From NCBI GenBank assembly GCA_965197905.1, contig CBDAOB010000005.1, forward strand, positions 224,001-288,000: a stretch of DNA of 64,000 nt. Direction: 5' to 3'. The stretch comes from Candidatus Latescibacterota bacterium. Lineage in GTDB: Bacteria > Latescibacterota > UBA2968 > UBA8231. Numbering within the stretch: the stretch's first letter is position 1; each line of letters starts with the position of its first letter. Under the pieces are notes generated by a model, which did not search any database, was not told where the DNA came from, and worked only from the letters and a program-made list of their open reading frames with translations. Position numbers and translations under genes: made by a program. Shown one piece after another: positions 28,628-39,439 of the stretch.

Positions 28628-30049
28628 ATGGACGAGCGCATCTTCGGAATCGAAGTGGAATTCGGATGTCTACCGCCCGACGCCGACCCGTTTTTGAGCC
28701 CGGACTTCATCTCGGTCAAGGCGAAGGACTGCATCTTCTACCGCGAGGGATTGGGAATCGTTGATATTCATTACCGTGGAAGGGACGAACCCCCGGGCAA
28801 TGGAGGGTTTCTGTTCAACGGCGGGCGGATCTACATCGACATGGGGCACGTCGAATACGCCACGCCCGAATGCCAGGGTCTGTTCGATCTGGTAGCGGCA
28901 GATCGGGCCGGCGAAATCATCGTTCAACGGGCGCTTGAGCAACTCGGTCTCGCCGAAACGGCTTCCTTCTTCAAGAACAACATCGATCATTACACCGGCG
29001 CCACCTTCGGTTGTCACGAAAACTATCTTGTGCGCCGCGACGTGCCGTTTTCCCAGGTTCTGTTGCCCGCCATGCTGCCGTTTTTCGTTACCCGACAGAT
29101 TTTCGCGGGTGCCGGTCGCGTTGGTTGTCACACGGACATCTTCGAATATGGAGGCAATGAGGAGGAGGGGGTCGCGTATCAGCTTTCTCAGCGCGCCGAC
29201 CACATCGTAACCGAGATCTATCAGTGGATCCAGTTCAGTCGGGCGATCATAAACACCCGTGACGAGCCGCTGGCTGATTGGGGGCTCTACCGCCGACTGC
29301 ACCTTCTGGTTGGCGACTCGAACATGTCCGAGTACGCCACCGCGCTCAAGGTCGGCACAACGGCGCTGATTCTGCGGTTGATCGAGGAGCGGGTGGTTCC
29401 GCCCATATCCCTGTTGGACCCCGTCCAGGCCATTCGCGACATCTCCCGCGATCTCAACTTCCGCTGGGAGGTGCAGCTCGAGGACGGCAGCTACACGACG
29501 GCGACCGAGATTCAGCGCGCCTATCTGGATCTGGCTGAACGCTATCTGCGCGGCAAGGACCCCGAGGGCGACTGGGTCCTGGACGAATGGCGGTTCGTCG
29601 TCGACGGCCTCGATTTCGACCCCATGAGCCTCATCGACCGAGTGGACTGGGTTACCAAGAAGTGGCTGCTGGAATCCTTCATGCGTTCCGAGGACCTGGA
29701 GTGGAACGACCCGGCGATCCAGAGCCTCGATCTTGAATACCACAACCTCAATATGGACCGGGGTCTCTACTTCGACCTGCGGCGCCGCGGCATGACCAAA
29801 CGCGTGGTCGACGACGACCAGGTGAACATGGCGCTGGTCACGCCGCCGCAGGACACCCGGGCAAAGGCGCGGTCAGTGGTGATGCGCGAGCTCACCGGTC
29901 AGAAAGCCCGCTACGTGATCGATTGGGACTCGATTTACGTCGAAGATGAGAAGTATCTCAGCCTGGATGATCCTTTTCTGGTGTACGACATCGAAACCCG
30001 GGAGTTCATCGACGACTGCCGCAACGGGGCGCCCCCAGAGGCATATTAG
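28628..30049 (+). CDS. pafA: PafA-like Pup/UBact-protein ligase
   Basis: FGIEVEFG, NGGRIYIDMGHVEYATPEC, TFGCHENY, RAIINTRDEPLA, RRLHLLVGDSNMS, PPQDTRAKARS; no Dop loop. Confidence 0.9.
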   Translation: MDERIFGIEVEFGCLPPDADPFLSPDFISVKAKDCIFYREGLGIVDIHYRGRDEPPGNGGFLFNGGRIYIDMGHVEYATPECQGLFDLVAADRAGEIIVQRALEQLGLAETASFFKNNIDHYTGATFGCHENYLVRRDVPFSQVLLPAMLPFFVTRQIFAGAGRVGCHTDIFEYGGNEEEGVAYQLSQRADHIVTEIYQWIQFSRAIINTRDEPLADWGLYRRLHLLVGDSNMSEYATALKVGTTALILRLIEERVVPPISLLDPVQAIRDISRDLNFRWEVQLEDGSYTTATEIQRAYLDLAERYLRGKDPEGDWVLDEWRFVVDGLDFDPMSLIDRVDWVTKKWLLESFMRSEDLEWNDPAIQSLDLEYHNLNMDRGLYFDLRRRGMTKRVVDDDQVNMALVTPPQDTRAKARSVVMRELTGQKARYVIDWDSIYVEDEKYLSLDDPFLVYDIETREFIDDCRNGAPPEAY

Positions 30050-30074
30050 GAACGCAACCACCGCGTCCCATTTT

Positions 30075-30103
30075 TTGGATATTTGCTCCGTCCCGATTAT
30101 ATT
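30075..30103 (+). promoter_or_regulatory. Putative sigma70 promoter
   Basis: TTGGAT-17 nt-TATATT, followed by AAGGAG RBS and ATG 30134. Confidence 0.5.
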
Positions 30104-30133
30104 CAAACAGGTAACACCCCAAGGAGATAACAG

Positions 30134-30571
30134 ATGCCTCTGCCAATGGCGGCGGCCGGCAAGGATGTATATGCGCCGGCCGAGTCCCGCTTGCGCACTC
30201 AGTCCAAACCGGTCGGACTGGGCCCACAAAGGCTCAATAGCGGCGTGGGAATCGACCCGCTCAGGGCGACCTCAAGTCCGGTCACGAGCTCCCAATCGCT
30301 GCTGGCTGAACCCCCTCCCGCCGGGCAGCAACTCATCGATATGCTCCGCGGTTCCGCCCGCGACAGCAGCTCCTTTACGGCATCGCTGGGATCCGGCCCT
30401 GCAGGAACGACCTCCCTGGGGGTTCTGCAGGCACGGATTTCGAGAGCTCGAAGTCAGTGGCGCGAGATAGATAGCAAGGCCCGTTTCCTGCTGGCCAGTC
30501 GCGGAGATGTCCGCTCCAACGCCTGGTTCAAGGCGCCCATTCCGCAGGTAAAAATCGACTTGACCGGCTGA
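30134..30571 (+). CDS. Hypothetical Ser/Pro-rich protein
   Basis: Strong RBS and candidate promoter; fills the gap between pafA and the M6 protease; no recognised domain. Confidence 0.55.
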   Translation: MPLPMAAAGKDVYAPAESRLRTQSKPVGLGPQRLNSGVGIDPLRATSSPVTSSQSLLAEPPPAGQQLIDMLRGSARDSSSFTASLGSGPAGTTSLGVLQARISRARSQWREIDSKARFLLASRGDVRSNAWFKAPIPQVKIDLTG

Positions 30572-30583
30572 GGCCGCCCGCAT

Positions 30584-33500
30584 TTGTTCCAGGTTTCTCC
30601 GTCCGTAGTATCCCGCCCTACCTTCCTAGTCATTCTTGTTTTCCTGATTGTTTCTTTTGCCGTTGTCCGCGCCGATGAGTTTGTATGCGCCGGGACGTTG
30701 CCGGCGTCGGTGAAACCCCTGGCGCAATCCTCGGGTACCCTGAACGCCCTGGTTGTGTTCGCCAAGTTCCAGGGGGAAGCAGCCGGCGACGATGCGGCGC
30801 CGGCATGGGCCGTGGATCTCTTCAATCCCGGACTGCCGGGCAGTTTCGCCCATTTCTACGACGAGGCTTCCCGTGGCCTTCTGCTGGTCCGTGGCTCGGT
30901 AGTACCGAAACGCTACAGCTCACTGCGGCCGGCTTCCGACTACGTCGCTGAGCGCTCGGGAGTTCAGGGTCGCTTCGGTCAGTTCAACCTCGAAATCCTC
31001 GAGCAGATGGACCCCGATGTCGACCTCGGTCTGTTCGACAACGACGGTGGTGATGGGGTGCCGAATTCTGGGGACGATGATGGCTATGTGGACGTGGTCT
31101 TCGTCAATCTATTGACCGTGCCGCAGAATTTCTTCATCTCCGGCGCGACCGGTTTTGCCTCGCTGGGGCTGGATACCGATTTCATCAGCGACGATGCCGC
31201 CGCCGGCGGTGGACGGATTCGGATTCGCAGTCGTTTCAGCGGCTTCGGTGGCACCACCCAACGCGGTCATGTTTTCTCGGTCACCGCATCCACCATGTGT
31301 CACGAATTCGGCCACGTGCTCGGCTTGCCCGACCTGTTCGATCAGTCATCCGTCTCCATGGGCGATGAGCTCGATCCCGAGCAGGACAGCGCCGGCATCG
31401 GGAAATGGGGACTGATGGGTCTCGGTACGTTGGGATGGGGGATCGAGGACGGTCCAAACGCCTTCTCAGCCTGGTCGCTGGCGCAGTTGGGTTGGGTCGA
31501 GGTGGTGGAGATCAGCAGGAGTCGTCCTGGTCTGGTCATCGAAGACATCGATGCCGGCGGCGTGGTCTACAAGATCCCGATCGGATACGACGAGTACCTG
31601 CTGCTGGAGAATCGCCAAGCCTCGGAATCGTATTACAACCGCAATGTGCCGGGAACGGGGCTGCTGGTCTGGCATGTGGACGACCAGGCGGACAACGACG
31701 AGGAGCGCCACAAGCAGGTCGACCTGGTCTGCGCGGATGGTCTCTACAGCGATCGCGGTTTCCCGGGGTCGCTGCCCGATCCGCGGGCCGGCCGCGACAA
31801 CCTCGACTTCTGGTCCCGCGACACTGCTTACGCGGAGGCGCGCAACGGCAATCAAGGTGATGCAACGGATCCGTTCGACGGGGTGGAGCGGACCCGCCTT
31901 GCGTTCGACACCAATCCGGCGGTCGGTGCCCACACCGGATTCAGGCGCGATTTGCCGCTGGGCATTGTGCTGGAGAAGATTCGCTCGCAGGGCTCAAACC
32001 TGGTGGCGGATGTGCTGCGTCAACCTCTGCCGGGACATGTGCAGGCCGATACCACCTGGTCTGGAGATGTGGTGTTGGATGGCGATCTCGTGATCGAACC
32101 CGGCGCGAGGTTGTCTTTGGATCCGGGCACCACGGTGCGCTTCGCCACCAGCGACAGTCGGCGGACGGGATTCTCACGCGAGCATTGCGAACTCATCGCC
32201 TACGGCGAGCTGCTACTGCCGGCAGGCGGCGAGAGCCCCGCCCGTTTTCTGTCGGCTGCCGCGCAACCGGGCGCCGCCGATTGGCAAGGTATCTTCCTGC
32301 TCAACGGACAGGAGTTCGACGAGACGAGTGCCGTGCTGGAAAACGCGGCGTTCGATCTGGTGCGCTCGCACCTTCCCCAGGGGATCACCCGATGGTCCGG
32401 CCGCAGAAACATGCCATTTGATCTCGTGATTCCGCCCGGGGCGGAGCTGGTGGTGGAGGCGGGCAGCAGGCTCGGTTTCAGCTCGATGGATATGGGCCGC
32501 AGCGGGCAGTTCGCCGAGCTGACAGAGCTATTAGTGGAGGGCCGGCTGGAGGTGGACGCTAGCGTTGCTCAGCCGGCGATCTTCACCCTGGCGTCGGGGC
32601 GGCGGGATTCCCTTTGGTACGGGGTGCATCTGAAGGACGGCTCCGAGCTGATAGCCCGCAACCTGAACGCCGAGCAGGGTGTAGTAACCATCGGTGGCGA
32701 AGTGGGCGCAGGGAGCACCCTGTTGCTTGAGGACAGCCGTCTGTCCACCAGCGCCGGGTACGGCTTGCGTCTCACCGTCAATGGTACTGTCGAACTGAAC
32801 CGCAGCTCGATTACCCGGCATCCCTTGCAGGCGATCTACGTCGAGGGCAGCGGTACCTTGTTGTTGCACAATTCCGCCGTCGCCGGAAATGGGCAGGAAG
32901 GGATTTTCATTGGCAACTGCTCTTTGGAAGCGATCAACAGCCGGATCGAACAGAACGGGCTCCTCGACGCCAACGACCCGCGTTCAGGTTTGACGGCGGT
33001 GGGCGGCCGCGGTCAGCGCATAGAATTGTGGAACAGCACCGTGGCGAGCAATCCGCTGCATGGGCTGGATCTCACCCAATGGCAAGGAAGGTTGGAGCTG
33101 CATTCCACCGAAATCAGCGCCAACCGTCGGTCGGGCTTGCAGGCGGCGGGGCTCGAGATACTGGTGTTCGAGGATGTTGCGATCGAACGCAACCTGGGTA
33201 TCGGCGCCATGGTCAGCGGTTCGCCTCTCGAGATCTGGACCACGAGCTTCGCCGACAATATCGGCCCCGGGCTGGTCCTCGGCCCCGGTTCCACCGGACT
33301 GATCGAGATGGGTGAATTCATCAACAACTCAGGCATCGAGATGACCGATGTGGAAGGAGTAATGGTGCGCAGCAGCAGGTTCGAGAACTCGGCGCTCGCC
33401 CTCAGCTCCGTCGACTCCGCTCCCGCGCTCTACGGCAATCGGTTTACCAACAATCTGACCGCGGTGGAAATCGCAGGCGACGCAGTGCCAGCCCTGGTGA

Positions 33501-33976
33501 CCCGCAACAGCTTCCTCGACAATCAGCTTGCGATCGCCAACCGCACCTCACTGCCCTTGGCGGCCGCGGGGAACTTCTGGGGCACCGCTGACAGTACCGA
33601 GATCGCCGGCCTGGTCACTGGGCGGGTAGACTTTGCGCCGTTTCTGGATTCTGAGCCCGACCTGACTGCCATCGCCGGACCCGAGGAGGCCACACCCCTG
33701 CGTCATTCCATGGACGCTCCATTCCCTAATCCGTTCAACGCACAGACGGTGATACGGTTCGATCTCGCCGCACCGCAGGCTGTCACCCTGGAGGTTTTCG
33801 ATATCCTGGGCAAACGGGTGCGAACGCTTGCGGTTGGAAACCTAGGTGCGGGGGTTCACCAGGAGGTGTGGGATGGGAAAGATCAGCGAGGTCGGACACT
33901 GGGCAGCGGTGTCTATCTCATGCGATTGACGGTGAGCGGCATCCCGGTGACCCGCCGGTCCGTTCTTATTCGTTAG
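30584..33976 (+). CDS. M6 family (immune inhibitor A-like) metalloprotease with right-handed beta-helix and FlgD-Ig C-terminus
   Basis: Signal peptide, DFGLFDNDG.DG.PNSGDDDGYVD, HEFGHVLGLPDL, W.LM..G, LLENRQ, GLLVWHVD, FPNPFN tail. Confidence 0.9.
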   Translation: MFQVSPSVVSRPTFLVILVFLIVSFAVVRADEFVCAGTLPASVKPLAQSSGTLNALVVFAKFQGEAAGDDAAPAWAVDLFNPGLPGSFAHFYDEASRGLLLVRGSVVPKRYSSLRPASDYVAERSGVQGRFGQFNLEILEQMDPDVDLGLFDNDGGDGVPNSGDDDGYVDVVFVNLLTVPQNFFISGATGFASLGLDTDFISDDAAAGGGRIRIRSRFSGFGGTTQRGHVFSVTASTMCHEFGHVLGLPDLFDQSSVSMGDELDPEQDSAGIGKWGLMGLGTLGWGIEDGPNAFSAWSLAQLGWVEVVEISRSRPGLVIEDIDAGGVVYKIPIGYDEYLLLENRQASESYYNRNVPGTGLLVWHVDDQADNDEERHKQVDLVCADGLYSDRGFPGSLPDPRAGRDNLDFWSRDTAYAEARNGNQGDATDPFDGVERTRLAFDTNPAVGAHTGFRRDLPLGIVLEKIRSQGSNLVADVLRQPLPGHVQADTTWSGDVVLDGDLVIEPGARLSLDPGTTVRFATSDSRRTGFSREHCELIAYGELLLPAGGESPARFLSAAAQPGAADWQGIFLLNGQEFDETSAVLENAAFDLVRSHLPQGITRWSGRRNMPFDLVIPPGAELVVEAGSRLGFSSMDMGRSGQFAELTELLVEGRLEVDASVAQPAIFTLASGRRDSLWYGVHLKDGSELIARNLNAEQGVVTIGGEVGAGSTLLLEDSRLSTSAGYGLRLTVNGTVELNRSSITRHPLQAIYVEGSGTLLLHNSAVAGNGQEGIFIGNCSLEAINSRIEQNGLLDANDPRSGLTAVGGRGQRIELWNSTVASNPLHGLDLTQWQGRLELHSTEISANRRSGLQAAGLEILVFEDVAIERNLGIGAMVSGSPLEIWTTSFADNIGPGLVLGPGSTGLIEMGEFINNSGIEMTDVEGVMVRSSRFENSALALSSVDSAPALYGNRFTNNLTAVEIAGDAVPALVTRNSFLDNQLAIANRTSLPLAAAGNFWGTADSTEIAGLVTGRVDFAPFLDSEPDLTAIAGPEEATPLRHSMDAPFPNPFNAQTVIRFDLAAPQAVTLEVFDILGKRVRTLAVGNLGAGVHQEVWDGKDQRGRTLGSGVYLMRLTVSGIPVTRRSVLIR

Positions 33977-34108
33977 TACGCTCAATAACTGGCCTTGTAA
34001 AATTTCGGCGCCGAGGCGCCCCGCCCGCAAAGCGCGCGATCGAGCCACATTTATGGATATGGCGAGTGAGCACAACGCAGCGGGCTGGGATACATCGGCG
34101 GCGAGGGC

Positions 34109-35539
34109 TCAAACACCCAGCTGTTTCTTGAGCAGCTCGGTAACGATGGGTGGCGAAGCTTTGCCCCGGGTAGCTTTCATCACCTGTCCCATGAGGGCGT
34201 TCATAGCCTTGTCGTTTCCGGTTTTGATCTTCTCGACCACGTCAGGATTCTCGCCGATGATCGTGGCCACTACCCCTTCGAGCTCTCCCGCATCGGAAAC
34301 CTGCTCCAGCCCCTGCTGAGACACGATCTCGGCGGGCGAGCCTCCATCCTCCCAAAGCATTCCGAATACCTCTTTGGCGGCGTTCTGATTGATCGCACCG
34401 CTGTTGACCATGGTAATCAACTCAGCCAGCATCCGGGGCGTCAGCTTTATCGACTGAATCTCGAGCTCGTACTCATTGAGTCGGCGGAACACCTCCCCGG
34501 CTACCCAGTTGCTAACCTGTTTCGGCTCGGCGCCATCGTGGCGCAGCACCTCTTCGAAGTAGTCGGCCACGTCGCGATCATCCACCAGGACTTCGATCTC
34601 TTGATCGCCGAGGCCGTAGTCGGCGGAGAAACGACCGGCCTTGGCATGGGGAAGCTCGGGCATCGCGTTACGAAGTCGCTCGATCCAGGCGGATTCGAGC
34701 TCCACCCGGAGCAGATCCGGCTCGGGGAAATAGCGGTAATCTTCGGAGGTTTCTTTGCTGCGCTGCTCTCGGGTGACCCCGGCGTTTTCATCCCAGCCTG
34801 CGGTTACCTGGGTGACCCTTCCACCTCCCTCCAGGACGCGGATCTGCCGGTCCGTCTCGTAGGCGATGGCGTTGCGCACCGAGCGGAAGGAGTTCAGGTT
34901 CTTGACCTCTACCTTGGTTCCATATTCAACGGAACCTTCGGGCCGAACCGATATGTTCGCCTCGCACCGCATCGCTCCCTTTTCCATGTCTCCGCTGGAA
35001 GCCCCCACGTAGCGCACGATCTGGCGGATCGTGATCAGGTAGGCGTACGCCTCCTCGGCCGAGCGCAGGGAAGAGTCGGAGACGATCTCCATCAAAGGAA
35101 CGCCAGCCCTATTGTAGTCCACCAGACTCGCTCCATCCCGGTGTACCAGCTTCCCCGTGTCCTCTTCCAGATGAACGCGAACGATGCCGATTTCTTTCTC
35201 TTTTCCCTCGCTTCGAATCGCGATCGTACCGTCTGTGCATAGAGGTTGCTCGTACTGGGAGATCTGGTACCCCTTCGGCAGGTCCGGGTAGACGTAATTC
35301 TTGCGGGCGAAGATGTTCCGCGGTTGGACCTTGCAGTTCAGGGCCATACCGGTCATCACGGTAAGTTCCATGGCCCGTTCGTTGATTACCGGCAATGATC
35401 CAGGCTGTGCGGTACATACGGGACATATGTGTCGGTTGGCCTCGACGAGAAAGTGATTCGCGTTGCAGCGGCAGAACATCTTCGACGCGGTTTCCAGCTC
35501 GGCGTGAACCTCCATGCCGATGACTGTTTCGTATTGCAC
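34109..35539 (-). CDS. gatB: Asp-tRNA(Asn)/Glu-tRNA(Gln) amidotransferase subunit B
   Basis: [62 protein letters not shown]. Confidence 0.97.
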   Translation of the reverse strand: MQYETVIGMEVHAELETASKMFCRCNANHFLVEANRHICPVCTAQPGSLPVINERAMELTVMTGMALNCKVQPRNIFARKNYVYPDLPKGYQISQYEQPLCTDGTIAIRSEGKEKEIGIVRVHLEEDTGKLVHRDGASLVDYNRAGVPLMEIVSDSSLRSAEEAYAYLITIRQIVRYVGASSGDMEKGAMRCEANISVRPEGSVEYGTKVEVKNLNSFRSVRNAIAYETDRQIRVLEGGGRVTQVTAGWDENAGVTREQRSKETSEDYRYFPEPDLLRVELESAWIERLRNAMPELPHAKAGRFSADYGLGDQEIEVLVDDRDVADYFEEVLRHDGAEPKQVSNWVAGEVFRRLNEYELEIQSIKLTPRMLAELITMVNSGAINQNAAKEVFGMLWEDGGSPAEIVSQQGLEQVSDAGELEGVVATIIGENPDVVEKIKTGNDKAMNALMGQVMKATRGKASPPIVTELLKKQLGV

Positions 35540-35555
35540 CCTCAGCTCCTGCCCG

Positions 35556-37433
35556 TCAATTAAATATGACGTGGCGCCTTAGGAACGATTCCATGGCGCG
35601 GTAGTAGGCTTCGATCGTCTCCGGTTTCCTCCAGCCGTGCCCCTCACCTTCGAAGAGATGGTATTCGTGAGGCACGTTGCGGCGGGAGAGGGAAGCCACG
35701 AGCTCCTCCGCCTGCTCCTTGGGCACCATCCGGTCTGCGGCCCCCTGGAAAATGATAAGGGGGTCGGCGATCTTCTCAATCGCAAAGATAGGAGAGCGCT
35801 GGCGGAACAGCTCGCTCGACTCCGGAAGCGGACCGATGAGCGAGTCCAGGTAATGGGCTTCGAACTTGTGGGTCTCGGCCGCGAGGCTGAACAGATTGCA
35901 AATTCCGTAGGAGCAGATACCGGCACGGAAGAATCCGGGGCGCACCGTCAGGGCGCGCAGGGTGGTGTATCCTCCGGCGCTACCGCCCATGATAATCAGC
36001 TGCGACTCGTTGGCCAACCCGGAGTCCACCAGATGCTGGCCGCCGCCAAAACAATCCTCCACGTCATAGACCCCCCAGTTTCCCCGCAGCAGCTGCGCAT
36101 ATTCGCGCCCGAAACCGGCGCTACCCCGGTAATTGACATCGAGCACTGCGTACCCTCTGGTGCTAAAGAATTGGATGCGCGCTTCGAATCCGCAGGCCGC
36201 CTGGGCGCTGGGGCCGCCGTGGACCGCAACAATGGCTGGCGGCGCGCCGCGACCGGAGAAGCGCCGGCTTGCAGGGGCATAATAAAGACCGTGGACCTTG
36301 GACCCATCGGCCGTCTCCCAGCTCAGCGGTTGCGGTTGGGCCAACTCCTCCCGGGCGATAGTTTCCGAGCTGGAGCGGCTGCTAACTCTTGCCGCAGGCG
36401 GTTCGACCCGAACGATTCTGGGTGGTAGGGTGCTGGAGGAGGCGATGCAGGCGAGAGAACGACCACGAGGCGCGGCCGTCAGTTGCTCTACGAACGCGTA
36501 CTCTGCCAGTTCGGTCACTTCCGATACCTTCCGGGTGGCCAGGTCACACACGTAGGCACGTCGGCAACCCGCTTCGGATCGGGTGAAATAGAGCCGCTTG
36601 CCATCGGCGGAGAAGCTCATGGCGCGCATGCCCTGGATCCATGCCGGCAACCCCACATCGTGCTCATCTTCGGTTAAGCAGGCGTGACGGTTCTCTTTCA
36701 ACTCGTAGAGCCAGATGTTGCTCCAGCCCCGGGTGTCGGAAGCGTAGGCGAGGGTGTTGCCATCGGGGGAAAAAAGGGGCTGGAACAGGGAGGTCGTGGC
36801 GTCGCCGGCAATCGTCCTCGCCGCCGCCAGCACCGGTGTTGTGCCTTTGGGAAAACGCAGGTCTCCCAGCACCAGCCGGGTACCGTCCCACGGCATTTGG
36901 GGATGGTCCCACTCGATCCATGCCAGGGTTTTGCCGCGAGGATGCCAGGCGGGCTGCATGTAGAAATCGGCGCCACCGACCAGACGCGAAGGCCATGCCG
37001 ATCCCTCCGCGTCGACCAGGGCGATGCAGTCTCGATCTTCCGCGGTGTGTATGTAGGCAAGCCAGCCGCCCTCGGGAGAGGGGCATGGTGCGGCCGCATT
37101 ACCGAAGGCGGGTGTGAGCGCCTGAACGCCGCCGCCCGTAAGCTCCCGGCGCCAAATCCGGCCCTCCGCACCGACGAAAAACAAGCGGTTTCGGGATACG
37201 GCGAACTCGCCCCCGCCGTAACCCACTTGAGCGCGGCTGGGTTGGGTCGGATTGAGGGTGCGCGAAGCGTCCGCGCCCCGTTGGCAGACAATCATTCCAC
37301 CCTGACCCCGATCCTCGAGCCAGACTAGGGTGCGCCCATCCGTGTCCCAGGCCAGATCGCGAAAGCGGGCGGTGCGGGCGAGCTCCCGAGGGTTCAGCGG
37401 GCTGTCCCACAATCCAAACTGGCGTTCCTCCAT
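35556..37433 (-). CDS. S9 family peptidase (dipeptidyl aminopeptidase/acylaminoacyl peptidase)
   Basis: VGYGGG, W.HP.MPWD, HGGP, NYRGS.G.G, GGSAGG, QG..D, EGHG. Confidence 0.92.
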   Translation of the reverse strand: MEERQFGLWDSPLNPRELARTARFRDLAWDTDGRTLVWLEDRGQGGMIVCQRGADASRTLNPTQPSRAQVGYGGGEFAVSRNRLFFVGAEGRIWRRELTGGGVQALTPAFGNAAAPCPSPEGGWLAYIHTAEDRDCIALVDAEGSAWPSRLVGGADFYMQPAWHPRGKTLAWIEWDHPQMPWDGTRLVLGDLRFPKGTTPVLAAARTIAGDATTSLFQPLFSPDGNTLAYASDTRGWSNIWLYELKENRHACLTEDEHDVGLPAWIQGMRAMSFSADGKRLYFTRSEAGCRRAYVCDLATRKVSEVTELAEYAFVEQLTAAPRGRSLACIASSSTLPPRIVRVEPPAARVSSRSSSETIAREELAQPQPLSWETADGSKVHGLYYAPASRRFSGRGAPPAIVAVHGGPSAQAACGFEARIQFFSTRGYAVLDVNYRGSAGFGREYAQLLRGNWGVYDVEDCFGGGQHLVDSGLANESQLIIMGGSAGGYTTLRALTVRPGFFRAGICSYGICNLFSLAAETHKFEAHYLDSLIGPLPESSELFRQRSPIFAIEKIADPLIIFQGAADRMVPKEQAEELVASLSRRNVPHEYHLFEGEGHGWRKPETIEAYYRAMESFLRRHVIFN

Positions 37434-37449
37434 GGTCAGGTCTGCCGGA

Positions 37450-38364
37450 TCAAGCCTGGGCCCAAGCTCGATCCAGCAGCGCGGTGGACTCGGCGATGAT
37501 CTCCTCTGCGGATTCGCCGCTGCACGGTTTCAGCTCGAAGGACAGCGCTTTCTTCTCACCGGCAAAATATCCGATCGAACCCAGGCCGGCGAGGAACTCA
37601 GCCAGCTCATCGAGCCCGTTCTCGCCCTCCGGGATGCCGAATCGCGGATGGTTGTCGCCATAAGCCTTGTGATCTGGATGAGACATGACGCAGTTGCCGA
37701 CATGGGCGTGGGCGAGGAATTCCCGCAGGATGGCCAGACAATCTTCCGTGCGCTCTTCCAGGAGCGTCATGTGTGCCTGATCCACCAGCACCCCGAAGCT
37801 GGGATGCGTCTTGCGCACCTGGAGCGCGAAGTCGGCTACCTCTTCGCTGGGTCCCAACAAACAGTTCTTAGCGTACGGCGCGCGATCGAACGCCTCCAAC
37901 AGGAGAGGCATATCTCCCTGGTCCGCGGCATGGTCGCAAAGCTGCAGAACCGAGTCCACAGTGTGTCCGATCGCCCGGGAGCGCTCGCTGGCTCCGGGGT
38001 CGGGTCCAGATAAGAACGACAGGCCGGCCGCATCCCATCCATACGCCTCATCGATCGCGCCCTTGACGATATCGACTGCTTTCCGCCGTTCGCCGGCGTC
38101 ACCATGTCCGAGGTCGAGCTTGTTCATCAGAATCGCCGGATGGGAGCCAAACGCCACCGACTTTCCAGCCCCCCCTATGGTCTCCTTGGATTGGGCGCGA
38201 ACCGCTTCGTCTTCGATGTGTGTGATTTCCAGAAGCTGGAAGTAGTCTAGGGATGCCAGATACTCGTAGATATCCCCGAGCGGTCCGCTCCCACCCCCTA
38301 TTTCCGGGTAAATCATGAACGCGACGATGCCGACGTCCGCCCGATCCTGCACGCGGCCTTCCAT
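37450..38364 (-). CDS. Sugar phosphate isomerase/epimerase (xylose-isomerase-like TIM barrel)
   Basis: LLLEAFD, VDQAH, HAHVGN, YGDNHPRFG, SFELKP; start moved to ATG 38364 behind GAGGAG. Confidence 0.85.
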   Translation of the reverse strand: MEGRVQDRADVGIVAFMIYPEIGGGSGPLGDIYEYLASLDYFQLLEITHIEDEAVRAQSKETIGGAGKSVAFGSHPAILMNKLDLGHGDAGERRKAVDIVKGAIDEAYGWDAAGLSFLSGPDPGASERSRAIGHTVDSVLQLCDHAADQGDMPLLLEAFDRAPYAKNCLLGPSEEVADFALQVRKTHPSFGVLVDQAHMTLLEERTEDCLAILREFLAHAHVGNCVMSHPDHKAYGDNHPRFGIPEGENGLDELAEFLAGLGSIGYFAGEKKALSFELKPCSGESAEEIIAESTALLDRAWAQA

Positions 38365-38474
38365 GTTCGCTCCTCTTGTGTAAATCCAGAATAAATTTTT
38401 GGAAATATCCTCCCAAACCCGCAAATGCACAAATGCGTTGCCCCCGTCTGGGGATCTTTGTAGAATTAGCCGAA

Positions 38475-39056
38475 ATGACTGACGCGAACCACGAACAGCA
38501 GGACTACTCCCCCGATCCGGAGTGGACAAACATCTTCCGCCCCGAGATCGCCCAACGGGAGACTCTGGACGCGACGCTTTCCCGCATACCCGTTTTTAAT
38601 CTTCTCAGCGGTAAGGAATTGGCGCAGCTCGCCCGCATCGTCCATCTGCGCCACTTCGAGCCCGGCGAAACGGTGATCAAGCGGGGGGTGCAACAGTCCG
38701 GATTCTATCTTATTCGCAGCGGATCGGTGCACATCGTGCGCCAGGACATCAACCAGGTCACAACCGTCATTGCCACGCTCGGTCTCCACGAGCTGTTGGG
38801 CGAATTCGCACTTCTGGACAGCACGCCGCGAACATCCTCGATCGTGGCGGCCGAAACCAGCGAGCTCATAGGGTTCTTCAAACCCGACCTCATGGACATC
38901 CTTGTAACGAATCCCCAGCTCGGCTGCAAGATTCTGCTCCGCCTGGCAGAAGAGATGTCCAAAAGCCTGCAAAAGGATTATCGCAAACTGCGCGAAACAA
39001 AAATTCCCCTGGAGGATCTGGAAGTAGCGTTGCCCGCCGAATCCGTCTTGCCATGA
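38475..39056 (+). CDS. Stand-alone cyclic-nucleotide-binding domain protein
   Basis: IPVF..L...EL, FY.I.SG.V, GEFALL...PRTSS phosphate-binding cassette; no HTH. Confidence 0.85.
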   Translation: MTDANHEQQDYSPDPEWTNIFRPEIAQRETLDATLSRIPVFNLLSGKELAQLARIVHLRHFEPGETVIKRGVQQSGFYLIRSGSVHIVRQDINQVTTVIATLGLHELLGEFALLDSTPRTSSIVAAETSELIGFFKPDLMDILVTNPQLGCKILLRLAEEMSKSLQKDYRKLRETKIPLEDLEVALPAESVLP

Positions 39057-39388
39057 GCCCCCGCAAGAAGAAGAAACCTCTGCTCACCCGCATTTTCGGG
39101 GGCAAGAAGGGCAAGAAGGGCGGCAAGAAGGGCGCCACGGCGGACAAGCAATCGCAGGAAACCCCCAGAACCAGGCTTCAGCGCTCCATTGCCGAGATGA
39201 AACAGATGAAGCAGTTGGGGGAGAAAGACCCGGAGCGACTCGCCCGCCTGCTGGTCGCCATGTTCCGCGAGGTGCAGCAGAAAGAGGAACAGGACAAACA
39301 ACGCTTCGACGAGATGGTCTGGGATATCGTCCACAAGAACGAGGCGCCAGAGGAAGAGGGCGGCAACGGCGAGACCCCCCAGCAATGA
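39053..39388 (+). CDS. Hypothetical protein with Lys-rich N-terminus and acidic C-terminus
   Basis: ATGA overlap with upstream gene; GC3-rich codons. Confidence 0.65.
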   Translation: MSPRKKKKPLLTRIFGGKKGKKGGKKGATADKQSQETPRTRLQRSIAEMKQMKQLGEKDPERLARLLVAMFREVQQKEEQDKQRFDEMVWDIVHKNEAPEEEGGNGETPQQ

Positions 39389-39439
39389 CGCCCCCTCGCC
39401 TGTCAAAGCGAATACCCGGATACGCTCCCAGGGTGACGA

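Noticed and set aside
34109..35539. gatB without adjacent gatC/gatA
   Set aside because: Split gatCAB arrangements are common; not notable.
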